Below, in pieces: positions 29,943-39,919 of a stretch of DNA of 64,000 bases (position 1 is its first letter; each line of letters starts with the position of its first letter). A program made the position numbers and the translations under genes. The notes below the pieces were generated by a model. It ran no database searches. It was not told where the DNA came from and saw only the letters and a list, made by a program, of their open reading frames with translations. The DNA is taken from positions 1 through 64,000 of the forward strand of contig CAVVEU010000020.1 in the NCBI GenBank assembly GCA_963747235.1. The letters run 5' to 3'. The DNA comes from an uncultured Candidatus Rokubacteria bacterium (lineage in GTDB: Bacteria; Methylomirabilota; Methylomirabilia; Rokubacteriales; CSP1-6).

Positions 29943-30428
29943 CGGCGGGCTCTGGGCGAAGCGGGTGAGGATGGTGCTGATGAGGTCCTTGGTGGAGTGG
30001 GTCTTCGGGTCGCCCGCGATGGCGACCTTGGCGCCCACCGCTTCCACCGTGGAGCGCTCGGGGACGTTCTGCTCGGTGTAGTCGGTGCCCTTGGCGTGGA
30101 CGTCGGGGCGGAGCCGCGCGATCAGCGCGTCGGCGCTGTCCTCCTCGAAGACGACCACCGCGTCCACCCCGCTCACCGCGGCGATCAGCTCCGCGCGCTC
30201 CGCGGCGGGCATCACCGGGCGGCCGGGGCCCTTCAGCCGCCGCACCGAGGCGTCGGAGTTGAGCCCGACCACGAGCGCGTCGCCGAGCGCGCGGGCGGCC
30301 TGGAGATAGCGGACGTGGCCGACGTGGAGGAGATCGAAGCAGCCGTTGGCGAGCACCAGCCGCTTGCCCGCCGCGCGCCAGCCGGACGCGAGGCGGCCCG
30401 CCTCGTCAACGCTGAGGACGGCCGCCAT
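29939..30428 (-). CDS. rfaE2: D-glycero-beta-D-manno-heptose 1-phosphate adenylyltransferase (RfaE domain II); 3' end uncertain
   Basis: [45 protein letters not shown]; the frame runs on into waaC as sequenced. Confidence 0.85.
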
Positions 30429-31423
30429 CGCTCGCCAGCGCGGCCAGCAGCTCGGCCACCGTCACGGTGGCGGTGCCCCGCTTCATGACCACGACGCCAC
30501 CCGCCACGTTGGCGAGCCACGCGGCCTCGCCGGCGGTGGCGCGGGCGGCCAGTCCCACCGTGAACGTGCTGATCACCGTGTCGCCCGCGCCGGTGACGTC
30601 CGCGATCTCGTCGCTGCCGTGGATCGGCATGAACGTGACCGGCCCTTCGCGCTCGAAGAGGGCCATGCCGCGGCTGCCCCGGGTGACGAGGAGCAGGCGC
30701 GCGTCGAGCCGCTCGAGCACCGCGCGCCCCGCCTTCTCGACGGACGGCTCGTCGCCCAGCTCCTGGCCGGTGAGCGTCCTCGACCTCGGGCTCGTTGGGG
30801 GTGGCCGCGGTGGCGCCCTTGAAGCGGGGCAGCTCGTAGCGGCTGTCCACCGTCACCGGCACCTGCCGCGCGCGGCCGAGCTCGAGCACCGTCTCGTAGA
30901 CGCGCGGGGTCACCGTGCCGTAGCCGTAGTCCGAGACGAGGAACGCGTCGGCGTCCGCGCCGACCGCCTGGAGCCGCTCGATCAGGCGCGCCTCCGCGGG
31001 GCCGCTGATGCCGCCCTCCGGCTCGCGGTCGAGCCGCACCACCTGCTGCCGGGTGGACTCGTAGCCGCCCGCCATGATGCGGGTCTTCACCGGCGTGGGC
31101 CGCGCCGGCTCGCGCGAGATGCCGTCCGTGCTCATCCCCGCCTGGTGGAAGAGCGCGTGCACCTCCGCGCCCGCGCCGTCCTGGCCGAGCAGGCCCACCG
31201 GCAGGACGGTGGCGCCGAGGGCGTGCACGTTGTGGGCCGCGTTGGCCGCGCCGCCCAGCCGCACCTCGCGGTCGGTGAAGCGCAGGATCAGGACCGGCGC
31301 CTCGCGCGAGATGCGCGCGGGCTTGCCGTAGAGGTACTCGTCGGCGATGAGGTCGCCGACCACCGCGATGCGCTTGCCGGGGAACCGCGCGACCGCGTCC
31401 TTGAGCCGCTGCACCGGGAACAC
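30406..31423 (-). CDS. rfaE1: D-glycero-beta-D-manno-heptose-7-phosphate kinase (RfaE domain I); apparent frameshift near 30780
   Basis: [45 protein letters not shown]. Confidence 0.88.
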
Positions 31424-31424
31424 G

Positions 31425-32030
31425 TCAGCGCCCCGTGTCCGCGGCGCGGGCGAGCGCCCAGTCCACCGCGCCAAGCAGATCGTCGGCCACGTGGTCCGGC
31501 TTGATCGCAGCGCCGGGCGGTCGGTACTCCCATTCCCCGCGCCCGTAGCCGGTGAGCACCAGCACGCCCGCGGCGCCCGCCGACTGCCCGGCGGCCACGT
31601 CGGAGAGCTTGTCGCCCACCATCACCGAGGCGCGCAGATCGAGGCCGAGCTCGGCGGCCGCGCGCGTGAGGAGTCCGGGGCGCGGCTTGCGGCAGTCGCA
31701 CTCGGCGCGATACGGCGGCTGGCCCTCGCGCGGGTGGTGCATGCAGACGTAGAGGCCGTCGAGGCGCGCGCCGCCCGCCTCGAGCTCGCCCACCATGCGG
31801 CGATTGGCCGCGTGCAGCGTCTCCTCGGAGAAGTATCCGCGGGCGACGCCCGCCTGGTTCGTGACCATCACCGCGGCGATCCCCGCCTGGTTGAGCCGGC
31901 GGACCGCCGCCGCGGTGCGCGGCAGCAAGCGGATCCGACTCGGGTGGTTGACGTAGCCCACCTCCTCCGTGAGGCAGCCGTCGCGGTCCATGAACACGGC
32001 GGGCCGCACAAGCCCAGCATGGCTCGACAT
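31425..32030 (-). CDS. gmhB: D,D-heptose 1,7-bisphosphate phosphatase
   Basis: FMDRDGCL, VTNQAG, CMHHP...CDCRKP, MVGDKLSD. Confidence 0.93.
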   Translation of the reverse strand: MSSHAGLVRPAVFMDRDGCLTEEVGYVNHPSRIRLLPRTAAAVRRLNQAGIAAVMVTNQAGVARGYFSEETLHAANRRMVGELEAGGARLDGLYVCMHHPREGQPPYRAECDCRKPRPGLLTRAAAELGLDLRASVMVGDKLSDVAAGQSAGAAGVLVLTGYGRGEWEYRPPGAAIKPDHVADDLLGAVDWALARAADTGR

Positions 32031-32038
32031 TGAATCGC

Positions 32039-32067
32039 AGTGTAAGGCCGCGACCCCGATTGATCAA
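32039..32067 (-). promoter_or_regulatory. Sigma-70-type promoter for gmhB (near-leaderless)
   Basis: TTGATC (32067-32062), 17 nt spacer, TACACT (32044-32039); ATG only 8 nt downstream. Confidence 0.6.
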
Positions 32068-32113
32068 TGAAAATCGAGGGTTTGGAGCGTGCGCCTCGGT
32101 GGGCGCCGGGCGA

Positions 32114-33215
32114 TCAGCGGCGGAGGAGGTCGTAGAGGGCGGTGAACGCCTGGGCCTGCGCGGCGTAGGTGAAGCGCTCGACGGAGGCCCGCGCGCGCGC
32201 GGCCCAGCCGCCCGCCGGCGCGTCGCGGAGCGCGGCGAGCCCCTCGGCGATCGGCCCGACGGCGGACTCGGCGGCGACCCAGCCGTTCTCCCCGCGGCAC
32301 ACGATCTCGGAGCCGCCGGCCCGCGCGCTGCTGAGCACCGGCACGCCCGGAGGCGAGGGCTTCCAGATGCACGTTGCCGAAGGGCTCGTACCGCGCGGGC
32401 AGCGCGACCGCGTCGGCGGCGGCATAGAGCCGCTCCACCTCCTCCTTCGGTCCGGTCCAGATCGTGCGGTCGGCGATGCCGAGGCTCGCGGCGAGGCTCT
32501 GGTAGCGCGCCACGTCTCCCTTTCCGGTCACGACCAGCCGGCTTTCCGCGTCCGCCACGCGCGCGAAGGCCTCGAGCAGCGGGTCCAGGCCCTTGCGCTC
32601 GAAGCCCGAGCCCACGAAGAGCACGGTCCACGCCTCCTGGGGAATGCGCAGCGCATCGCGCGTCGGGCGGCGGTGGCGGCCTCGGTTGTCCGGATGGAAG
32701 CGCTCGAGGTCGACGCCGTTGTAGATGAGCGTCACCCGCGCCGGATCGGTGCCGAACCGCCGCTCGATCTCCTCCTTGCCCTGCCGCGAGATCGCCACCA
32801 CGTGGCGCGCGGTGCGGAGCTGGAAGATGCGCCGCTCGAGCGCCAGGACCAGACGATGGTACGGGTTGAGCCCCGAGACCTTCCGTCCCATCGCCTCGAG
32901 GTAGGCGGCGTGGCAGCCCTCGCCCGCGCGATAGAGATCCTGGCCGAGCGCGCGCTCGTGACTCTGCACGAGGTCGTATCCGTGCCGCGCCACCGCGGCC
33001 CGCGCCGCCACCACGAACGAGATCAGGCGGAGCACGGAGGGATGGCGCAGCGTCGGCACGCGGCGCACCACGAGGCCGGGCACCGACGCCTGCCGGCGCG
33101 TGCTGATCAGCTCGACGTCGTGGCCGGCGTGGCGGAGCGCGGTGAGCAGGCCCGCGGTCGCGGTCTCGACGCCGCCGTGGAAGGAGAACGGCCGGCAGAT
33201 GAGGCCCAGGCGCAT
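32114..33215 (-). CDS. GT4 glycosyltransferase (WaaG-like LPS core glucosyltransferase); apparent frameshift near 32355
   Basis: GGVE, QSHER, YRAGEGCH, FVGSGFERKG, YEPFGNVHLEALASG. Confidence 0.85.
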
Positions 33216-34348
33216 CAGCGCCCCATCCCGCGCGCCCGCTCGACCAGGGGGAAGAGCGCGCGGCGCGCGGACTCGAAGCTGTAGCGGTCCACCGCCCGGC
33301 GCCGGGCCGCCTCCCCCAGCGCGCGCGCCTCGTCGGGCCGGTCGAGCAGGCGCCCGATGGCCGAGGCGAGCGCGGCCACGTCGCCCGGCGGGACCAGCGC
33401 CCCGCAGCCCTCGAGGATCTCCGGGATCATGGAGACCCGCGTGGAGACGATCGGCCGCCCCAGGGCCATGGCGTCGAAGAGCTTCGCCGGCACCTGGCCA
33501 CGCGTGTCGCTGCTCTCGCGCTGCGGGACGACGACCACGTCGGCGGCGGAGAGGAAGCCCGGGACCTGCGCGATGGGGACCCGCCCGACCAGGCGGATGC
33601 CCGGATGCCGGGCGCTCAGGGCGCGGCCGGTATCCGATGTCGGCGCCGTGCCGACCAGGGCCAGGACGACGTCCGGCCGGCCGAGCCGACCCACGGCGTC
33701 GGCCAGATCCTCCACCCCCTTGTAGCCCCGGGGGGTCCCGAGGAACATGACGACGCGCTCCTTGTCCACGCCGAGGCGCTCCCGCGCGGGTCCCGGGTCG
33801 GCGCGGCCCGGCGCCCAGCGGTCGGTGTCCCGGACATGCGGGATCAAGACGCCGCCGAATCGCTGCTCGAGAAAGCGCGAGGCGACGGTGACACCGTCGG
33901 CGATTCCCCTCAGCCGCTCCATCAGCCACGTCCACGTAAGGCCCCGTGGATTGGAGAGATTCATCGCTCGCCCGATCGTTCCCCACACGCCGCCTCGGAG
34001 GAAGAAGCCGACCTCCCAGTCGTCGATGTCGAGGAGCAGCGGTCGGCGGCGCCCGAGGCGGGCGAGATAGCCGACGCCGGCGCTGGTCAGCCGGGGCTTG
34101 GAGGCGTAGATCAGATCGCCGTCGGCCATCCGGAGCAGGGCCGGCAGGCGCGCCGCGAAGCCTGGGAGCCGCCCGCCCGGGACCGATCGCACCGGCACCT
34201 GCTCGTCCGCCACGGGCTCCCAGACGGTCGCGCCGAAGCGCGGCCCGATGATCTCCACCGCCCCGACCGGCTCCAGCAGCCGCGCGAGCAGCCACGCGCG
34301 CCCCATCGCGTTGTCCGAGACGTCGAAGCAGAGGATCGAGACCTTCAC
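33215..34348 (-). CDS. GT4 glycosyltransferase
   Basis: LDIDDWE, FLGTPRGYKG, PAKLFDAMALGRPIV; GTG overlaps the upstream stop. Confidence 0.88.
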   Translation of the reverse strand: MKVSILCFDVSDNAMGRAWLLARLLEPVGAVEIIGPRFGATVWEPVADEQVPVRSVPGGRLPGFAARLPALLRMADGDLIYASKPRLTSAGVGYLARLGRRRPLLLDIDDWEVGFFLRGGVWGTIGRAMNLSNPRGLTWTWLMERLRGIADGVTVASRFLEQRFGGVLIPHVRDTDRWAPGRADPGPARERLGVDKERVVMFLGTPRGYKGVEDLADAVGRLGRPDVVLALVGTAPTSDTGRALSARHPGIRLVGRVPIAQVPGFLSAADVVVVPQRESSDTRGQVPAKLFDAMALGRPIVSTRVSMIPEILEGCGALVPPGDVAALASAIGRLLDRPDEARALGEAARRRAVDRYSFESARRALFPLVERARGMGR

Positions 34349-35598
34349 CGCGCCGGCCGCGCCGAGTCCACCGCGAGCGACAGGTAGAGGGCGGTCAGGC
34401 GCTCGGCGAGCCGGGCGCCCGAGAAGCGCTCGCGCACCAGCTCGGCGCCGGCCGCGCCCAGGCGCCGGCGGAGGGCCGCGTCGCGCAGGAGGCGCTCGAT
34501 GGCCGCCGCGAGGGGCACGGATTCTCCGGCCGGCACCAGCAGCGCGGTGACGTCGTCTTCCAGCACCTCGGGCACCACGCCCACGCGGGTCGCCACGACC
34601 GGCACGGCCGCGGCCAGGTACTCCCAGAGCACGCGCGACATGCCGTCGGACTCGAGCGCCGCGTAGAGCGCCACGTCGAGCGCCGCCATCACCATGGGCA
34701 GCTCGTCCACGAAGCCGACCAGGGAGACGCGGTCGGCGAGCCCGGCCGCGTGCACGAGCCCGCGCACGCGCTCGGCGAACGGTCCCTGCCCGATGAAGAC
34801 CAGGTGGAACGGCAGCCCGGTGGCGGCGAGGCGGGCCGCCGCCGCCACCACGGTCTCGTGCCCCTTCATGACCCGGAAGCCCCCGACCAGGCCGATCAGC
34901 GGGACGTCCGGCGACACCTTCAGCAGCCCGCGCGCGTCGAGGCCGTGCGCCGGCGGCACGTCCGGGCGATAGCGCTCGGCGTCCACGCCGCCCGGCAGCG
35001 CCACCACCCGGTCCTCCGGGGCCAGCCCGCTCGCGACGATCTGGCGGCGGATCGCGTCGGTGACGGTGACGATGAGGTCGGTCGCGGAGCCATAGAGCCA
35101 GCGGTTCAGCGCGTGCGGCCGGATGGGCTGCACGATGTGCCGCGTGCGCACGATGGCCCGGCGGGGGCTCGACATCCGGTTGGCGAGCGCGGCCAGCCAG
35201 TGCTCCTTGCCGCGATGGACGTGGAACACCTGCGTCTCGGGCAGCCACGCGACGAGCTGGCGCACGTCGCGCACGTCCATGATCGGCGAGACCCCGCTCG
35301 AGAGGTGCAGCGTCTCGAGCCGCTCGATGCCCGCCTCCTTCGCGCGCCGCATGACGCGGACCTGGCTGCTCTTCTTGCAGACGAGCGTCACGTCGTGCCC
35401 CGCCCGCTCGAGCTCCACCACCGCCCGCGCCGCCCAGTACGCATCCGAAGACCACCCCCGACACGACACGATATGCCTGAGTCACGGACGCGGTCGCCTG
35501 CGCACGGTTGTCCGCGGCACTGGGGGAGTGCGGGGGCCATTTCTGGCCCCCGCATCGATAGAGCTCAAAGAACTAGACGAGTATCCGCAGGAGCTCAT
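34345..35598 (-). CDS. GT4 glycosyltransferase with its 5' end interrupted by a palindromic element (in-frame TGA at 35482-35484)
   Basis: HIVSCRGWSSD, RTRH, KGHE, SDGMSRVLWEYLAA; ATG 35598 overlaps the upstream TGA and is in frame with ORF 34345-35469. Confidence 0.8.
35510..35554 (-). repeat. Palindromic repeat element, copy 3 (opposite orientation)
   Basis: Minus strand tgcgggggcc-agaaat-ggcccccgca-ctcccccagtgccgcggac. Confidence 0.9.
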
Positions 35599-36728
35599 CG
35601 CGTCTTCCGCGACCGAAGCGCGCTCTCGTACACCGACTCCACGCGCGCCGCGTGCGCCTCCGACCCGTAAAGCGCCCGCGCCCGCTCTCGCCCCGCGCGC
35701 CCCATCGCCGCCGCCCGCTCCGGCTCCGCGATCAGCGCGCGGAGCGCGGCGGCCACCGATTCAGGCCGGTCGTCGTCCACCAGCAGTCCGGTCACGCCGT
35801 GCACCACGGTCTCGGGCAGCGCGCCCACGCGGCGGCCGACCACCGGTCGCCCGGCCGCCATGGCCTCCAGCGCGGCCCGGCAGGATTCGTCGGAGCCCGC
35901 GCCCAGCAGCGCGAAGGCGTCGAGCGCCTGGAGGACGCCGGGCAGATCCACGTCGCGATAGCCGGTGAAGAGGACCTCGCGCGTCAGGCCGAGCTCGCCG
36001 ACCAGGGCCTCGAGGCCCGCCCGCGCCTCCCCCTTGCCGACCAGGAGGAGCCGGGCGCCCGGGTATTCCGCGAGCAGCAGCCGGAAGCCGCGGATCAGCA
36101 GCTCGTGGCCGCGGCGCGGCGCGAGGCGGGCCACGCAGCCCAGCACCGGCGCGCCGCCCAGGTCGAACTCCTTGCGGATGGCGGCACCGCCGTCGCCGGT
36201 CTCGAATCGCGCGAGGTCCACCACGCCGTCCACTCGCGCGAGGCGGCCGGCGGGAATGCCCGCGCGCCGGCCGCGCGCCTCGATCTCCCGGCTCACCGTG
36301 AGCAGCGCGTCGGTGCGCCGGTAGAGCGTGGTGGACGGCCAGTCGAGGCGCACCGCGCGGGCATTGTGGAACGTGCGGACGAGCGCGGCCGGCCCGCGGC
36401 CCCGCGCCAGCCAGCCCAGCCAGTGATCGTGGGAGTGGTGCGTGTGGATCACGTCGACGCCCTCGGCGCGCATGATGGCGCGCACGCGGCGAAGATCCGC
36501 GAGCGCGTGGAGCGGGTTGCCCCGGACTTCCAGGGAGAGCCCCGGCAGCGGCTCGAGGCCGGCCTCGCGCGCCTTCTGCTCGAAGCGGTCGCCCGCGATG
36601 AGCCCGAGCAGGACGCGGTGCCCGCGTCCCCGGAGCCCGGTGAGCAGGCGGATCACCGGCTCGGCGCTGCCCGTCCACCAGCGATTGGCCACGAGGTGCA
36701 GCACGGTCAGCGGCCGGCCCGGGCTCAT
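35595..36728 (-). CDS. GT4 glycosyltransferase
   Basis: LTVLHLVANRWWTG, HTHHSHDH, ARLAPRRGH, DESCRAALEAMAAG. Confidence 0.9.
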   Translation of the reverse strand: MSPGRPLTVLHLVANRWWTGSAEPVIRLLTGLRGRGHRVLLGLIAGDRFEQKAREAGLEPLPGLSLEVRGNPLHALADLRRVRAIMRAEGVDVIHTHHSHDHWLGWLARGRGPAALVRTFHNARAVRLDWPSTTLYRRTDALLTVSREIEARGRRAGIPAGRLARVDGVVDLARFETGDGGAAIRKEFDLGGAPVLGCVARLAPRRGHELLIRGFRLLLAEYPGARLLLVGKGEARAGLEALVGELGLTREVLFTGYRDVDLPGVLQALDAFALLGAGSDESCRAALEAMAAGRPVVGRRVGALPETVVHGVTGLLVDDDRPESVAAALRALIAEPERAAAMGRAGRERARALYGSEAHAARVESVYESALRSRKTR

Positions 36729-37804
36729 GCGAGCAGCTCGTCGTAGACGGCGAGCAGGCGGTCGATCGCGTGGGTGTGCGAGAAGCGCGCCTCCACGAGG
36801 GCGCGCGCCGCGCGGGCCCGCTGCGCCGCCGCTTCGGGGTCGTCCAGCACGCGCTCGATCCCGGCCGCGAGCCCCTCGACCGATTCGCTCTCGACGAGCA
36901 GTCCCGTCAGGCCGTCGGCCACCACCTCGGGAATGCCGCCGATCCGGCTCGCCACCACCGGCACACCGGTGGCGAACGCCTGCAGCAGGGCCTGCGGCAC
37001 GCCCTCGGTGCGCGTGGACGCCTGGGCGAAGCAGTCCATGGTGGCGAGCAGGGCCGGCACGTCGGGGCGGAAGCCGGTGAAGACGACCGCGTCCGAGAGC
37101 TTCGCCTCGCGCGCGAGCTGCTCGACCCAGTTGCGCCGGATCCCGTCGCCGACCAGGAGGAGCGTGGCGCCGGGCCGCTTCTCGCGCACCATCGCGAAGG
37201 CCTGGAGGAGCTGCGGGTGGCCCTTGGACCCTCGGAACATCGCGACCGAGCCGATGACCGGGTGGCCCAGGCCGAGCTCGCGCGCGGTCTCCGGCGCGCG
37301 GGCGCCGAACGGGAAGGACTCGAGGTTCACGCCGGCCGGGATCGCGATGACCCGCCCGGGCGGCACGCCCACCTCCACGACCAGTCGGCGGATGGCCTCC
37401 CCGCTCGTGATCACGCGGTCGGCGAGCCAGCGATAGACCGGGTTGAAGCCGCGGCGGATGGCGATCGAGACGTGCCGGGTGCGCACCACCGGCACGCGGC
37501 AGAGCCGGGCGGCCATGCCGCCGAGCCAGGCGTCGATGGAGCTGTGCGTGTGCACCAGGCTCACCCGCTCGCGCCGGATCAGCCGCACCAGGCCGACGAG
37601 CGCGCGCAGATCCACGGGACCGGTCATGCGGATCGGCGCGGTCTCGAGGCCGGCGGCGCGCGCCCGCTCCAGCAGGCGCCCGTCGGGCTGGCCGGCCACC
37701 AGCACGCGCCACCCCCGCTCCACCGTCCAGCGCGCCTCGTTGAGCGTGCGCACCTCCTGGCCGCCCAGGCCCGGCGAGGCTTCCGTGTGCAGGACCGTCT
37801 TCAC
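36725..37804 (-). CDS. GT4 glycosyltransferase
   Basis: VLHTEASPGLGGQE, HTHSS, RTRH, KGH, EGVPQALLQAFA. Confidence 0.9.
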   Translation of the reverse strand: MKTVLHTEASPGLGGQEVRTLNEARWTVERGWRVLVAGQPDGRLLERARAAGLETAPIRMTGPVDLRALVGLVRLIRRERVSLVHTHSSIDAWLGGMAARLCRVPVVRTRHVSIAIRRGFNPVYRWLADRVITSGEAIRRLVVEVGVPPGRVIAIPAGVNLESFPFGARAPETARELGLGHPVIGSVAMFRGSKGHPQLLQAFAMVREKRPGATLLLVGDGIRRNWVEQLAREAKLSDAVVFTGFRPDVPALLATMDCFAQASTRTEGVPQALLQAFATGVPVVASRIGGIPEVVADGLTGLLVESESVEGLAAGIERVLDDPEAAAQRARAARALVEARFSHTHAIDRLLAVYDELLA

Positions 37805-38797
37805 GCCACGGCCTGCCTGACCTCGTGCAGCACCTCGTCCGGCTCGATCCGGGTGAGGCAGACATGGTCGATGGGACAGCGCGGGAGAAAGCACGGCGCG
37901 CACGGCGCCGCGCGATCGAGGGTCCGGCTGTGGCGGCCGCGGGGGGCGGTGAGCCGGCGATCGGTCGGTCCGAAGAGCGTGACGGTGGCCACGTCCATCG
38001 CGGCGGCCAGGTGCGCGACGCCGGTGTCGCCGCTCACGAGGCAGCGCAGGCGCGCGAGCAGGCGCGGCAGCAGCGCGGGCCGGTCGCGCCCGACGAGCGA
38101 CGCGATCGGCCCGCCGGCCGCGAGGGTGACCGCGGCGACGGTGTCCGTGTCGTCGCCGGTGCCCAGCAGGACCGGCGTGAGCCCGGCCGCGGCGAGCCGT
38201 TGCGCGAGGCGCCCGAAGGCCTCCGCGGGCCAGAGCTTCGAGCTGCCGAAGGCCGCGCCCAGATGGAGGCCGACGAGGCGCGCGTCGGCCGCGACGCCCG
38301 GCCTCGACCAGGAGCCGCGCGATCTCGGCGTCCATCGCGTCATCTCGTCGCAGCGTCCATGCCGGCGCCGCGGCGACATCGTTCACGCCGAGCGGCGCCA
38401 GCAGCGCCGCGTACTCGTCCACCTGGTGCAGGCGCGGGGCGGGCAGCGGCAGCGCGTCGGTGAGGAACGCCGCGCGCCCGTCGGTGGCGTAGCCCACGCG
38501 GCGCGCCGCGCGCCAGCGCCAGGCCGCCAGGGCCGACTCGATGGAGCTCGGCAGGAGCACCGCCACGTCGGCGCGCTCGGCCGCGAGCGCCCGCGCCAGG
38601 CGTCGCCGCGCCGCGAGCGGCTTCGGGTAGGACAGGACGACATCGGCGACCCCCTGCCCGGCCAGCAGCGGGGCCCAGCGCCCGACGAGGGTGATGCGCG
38701 CGCCCGGCTCGGCGGCGCGGAGCGCGGCCAGCGTGGGGAGCGCCATCACGGTGTCGCCCAGCCAGTTCGGAGTGCGGACGACGATCGCCGCGCTCAT
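37801..38797 (-). CDS. waaF: LPS heptosyltransferase II (GT9); apparent frameshift near 38297
   Basis: PNWLGDTVMA, HQVDEY, GAAFGSSKLWP, DTGVAHLAAA, CAPCFLPRCPIDHVC. Confidence 0.88.
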
Positions 38798-39919
38798 GAG
38801 CAGGGACGGCCCAGCGGCGCGGCGGACAGCACGCCCGCGAGCAGCCGCGACCAGTGATCCTGTCCCGATTCGAGCACGAGCCGCACCGGCAGCACCCAGA
38901 GCGGCAGCGGGGACGGCGGCAGATCGCGGAGCCGCACCCAGTCCTTCTCGGTCGTGATGAGGCCCTCGGCCCCGGCCGCGCGGGCATCCTGCACGAGCTC
39001 CCGCAGATCGCCGGGCGTGAACCAGTGGTGATCGGGGAACTCGGCGAAGGCCACGCGCTGGATTCCCGCGGCGTCGAGCGTGTCGGCGAAGCCCTGGGGC
39101 GAGCCGAGCCCCGCGAAGGCCATGAGTCGCCGGCCCGCCAGCTCCGCCACCGGGACCCGCCGGCCGCTCTGCGTCTCGAGGGCGTCCTGGTGGTGGTAGC
39201 TGGCGGCCAGCACCGCCGCGGTGGGATTGAAGCGCCGCACCATCGCGGTCACCGCCTCCACCGGCCCGGGGCCCGCGGGATTGGTCACCACGATCGCGTG
39301 GGCGCGGGCCAGCCCGGCGAGCGGCTCGCGGAGCATGCCGCGGGGAAAGACACGGGCATTGCCCCACGGCGCGCGGCCCTGCACCACGAGGATCTCCAGG
39401 TCCTTCGCGAGCGTCCGGTGCTGGAAGCCGTCGTCGAGCACGAGGGCGGTCGCCCCGAGCCGCTCGACCGCGACCCGGCCGGCCTCGTAGCGATTCTCGC
39501 CCACCACCACCGCGACGCCGGGCAGTCGCTCGGCGAGCAGCAGCGGCTCGTCGCCGGCGGTGCGCGCGTCGGCCCGCACGCCCTCCCGGTCCGCCACGAC
39601 GTGCACGCCACGGGTGACGCGCCCGTAGCCGCGGCTCACCACCGCGGGCACCGCGCCCAGCTCGCGCAGGGTGCGCACCACCAGCTCCACCGTCGGGGTC
39701 TTGCCGCTGCCGCCCAGCGTGAGATTGCCGACCGAGACGACCGCGCAGGGCAGCCGCCCGGTGCGCAGGATCCTGAAGCGATAGGCCAGGTCGCGGAGCG
39801 CGGAGCGCGCCGCGGTAGCCCAGGCTGAGCGCGGAGAGGCCGACCGTCACCACCGGCGTGTCCGGATCGTCCCAGTACCGGCGCAGCAGCACCTCGGGCG
39901 CCCGGCGCGGGGTCGTCAA
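38794..39919 (-). CDS. lpxK: Tetraacyldisaccharide 4'-kinase; apparent frameshift near 39800
   Basis: VSVGNLTLGGSGKTP, SRGYG, GDEPLLLA, LDDGFQH, LREP, FPDHH, TTEKD. Confidence 0.9.

Noticed and set aside
35482-35484. Selenocysteine TGA
   Set aside because: The hairpin lies upstream of the TGA, not immediately downstream as a bacterial SECIS would, and the position is not a catalytic Cys site in GT4
35477-35578. GT...AG-bounded 102-nt insert resembling a spliceosomal intron
   Set aside because: Bacterial context, too short for a group I/II intron, and dinucleotide boundaries arise easily by chance
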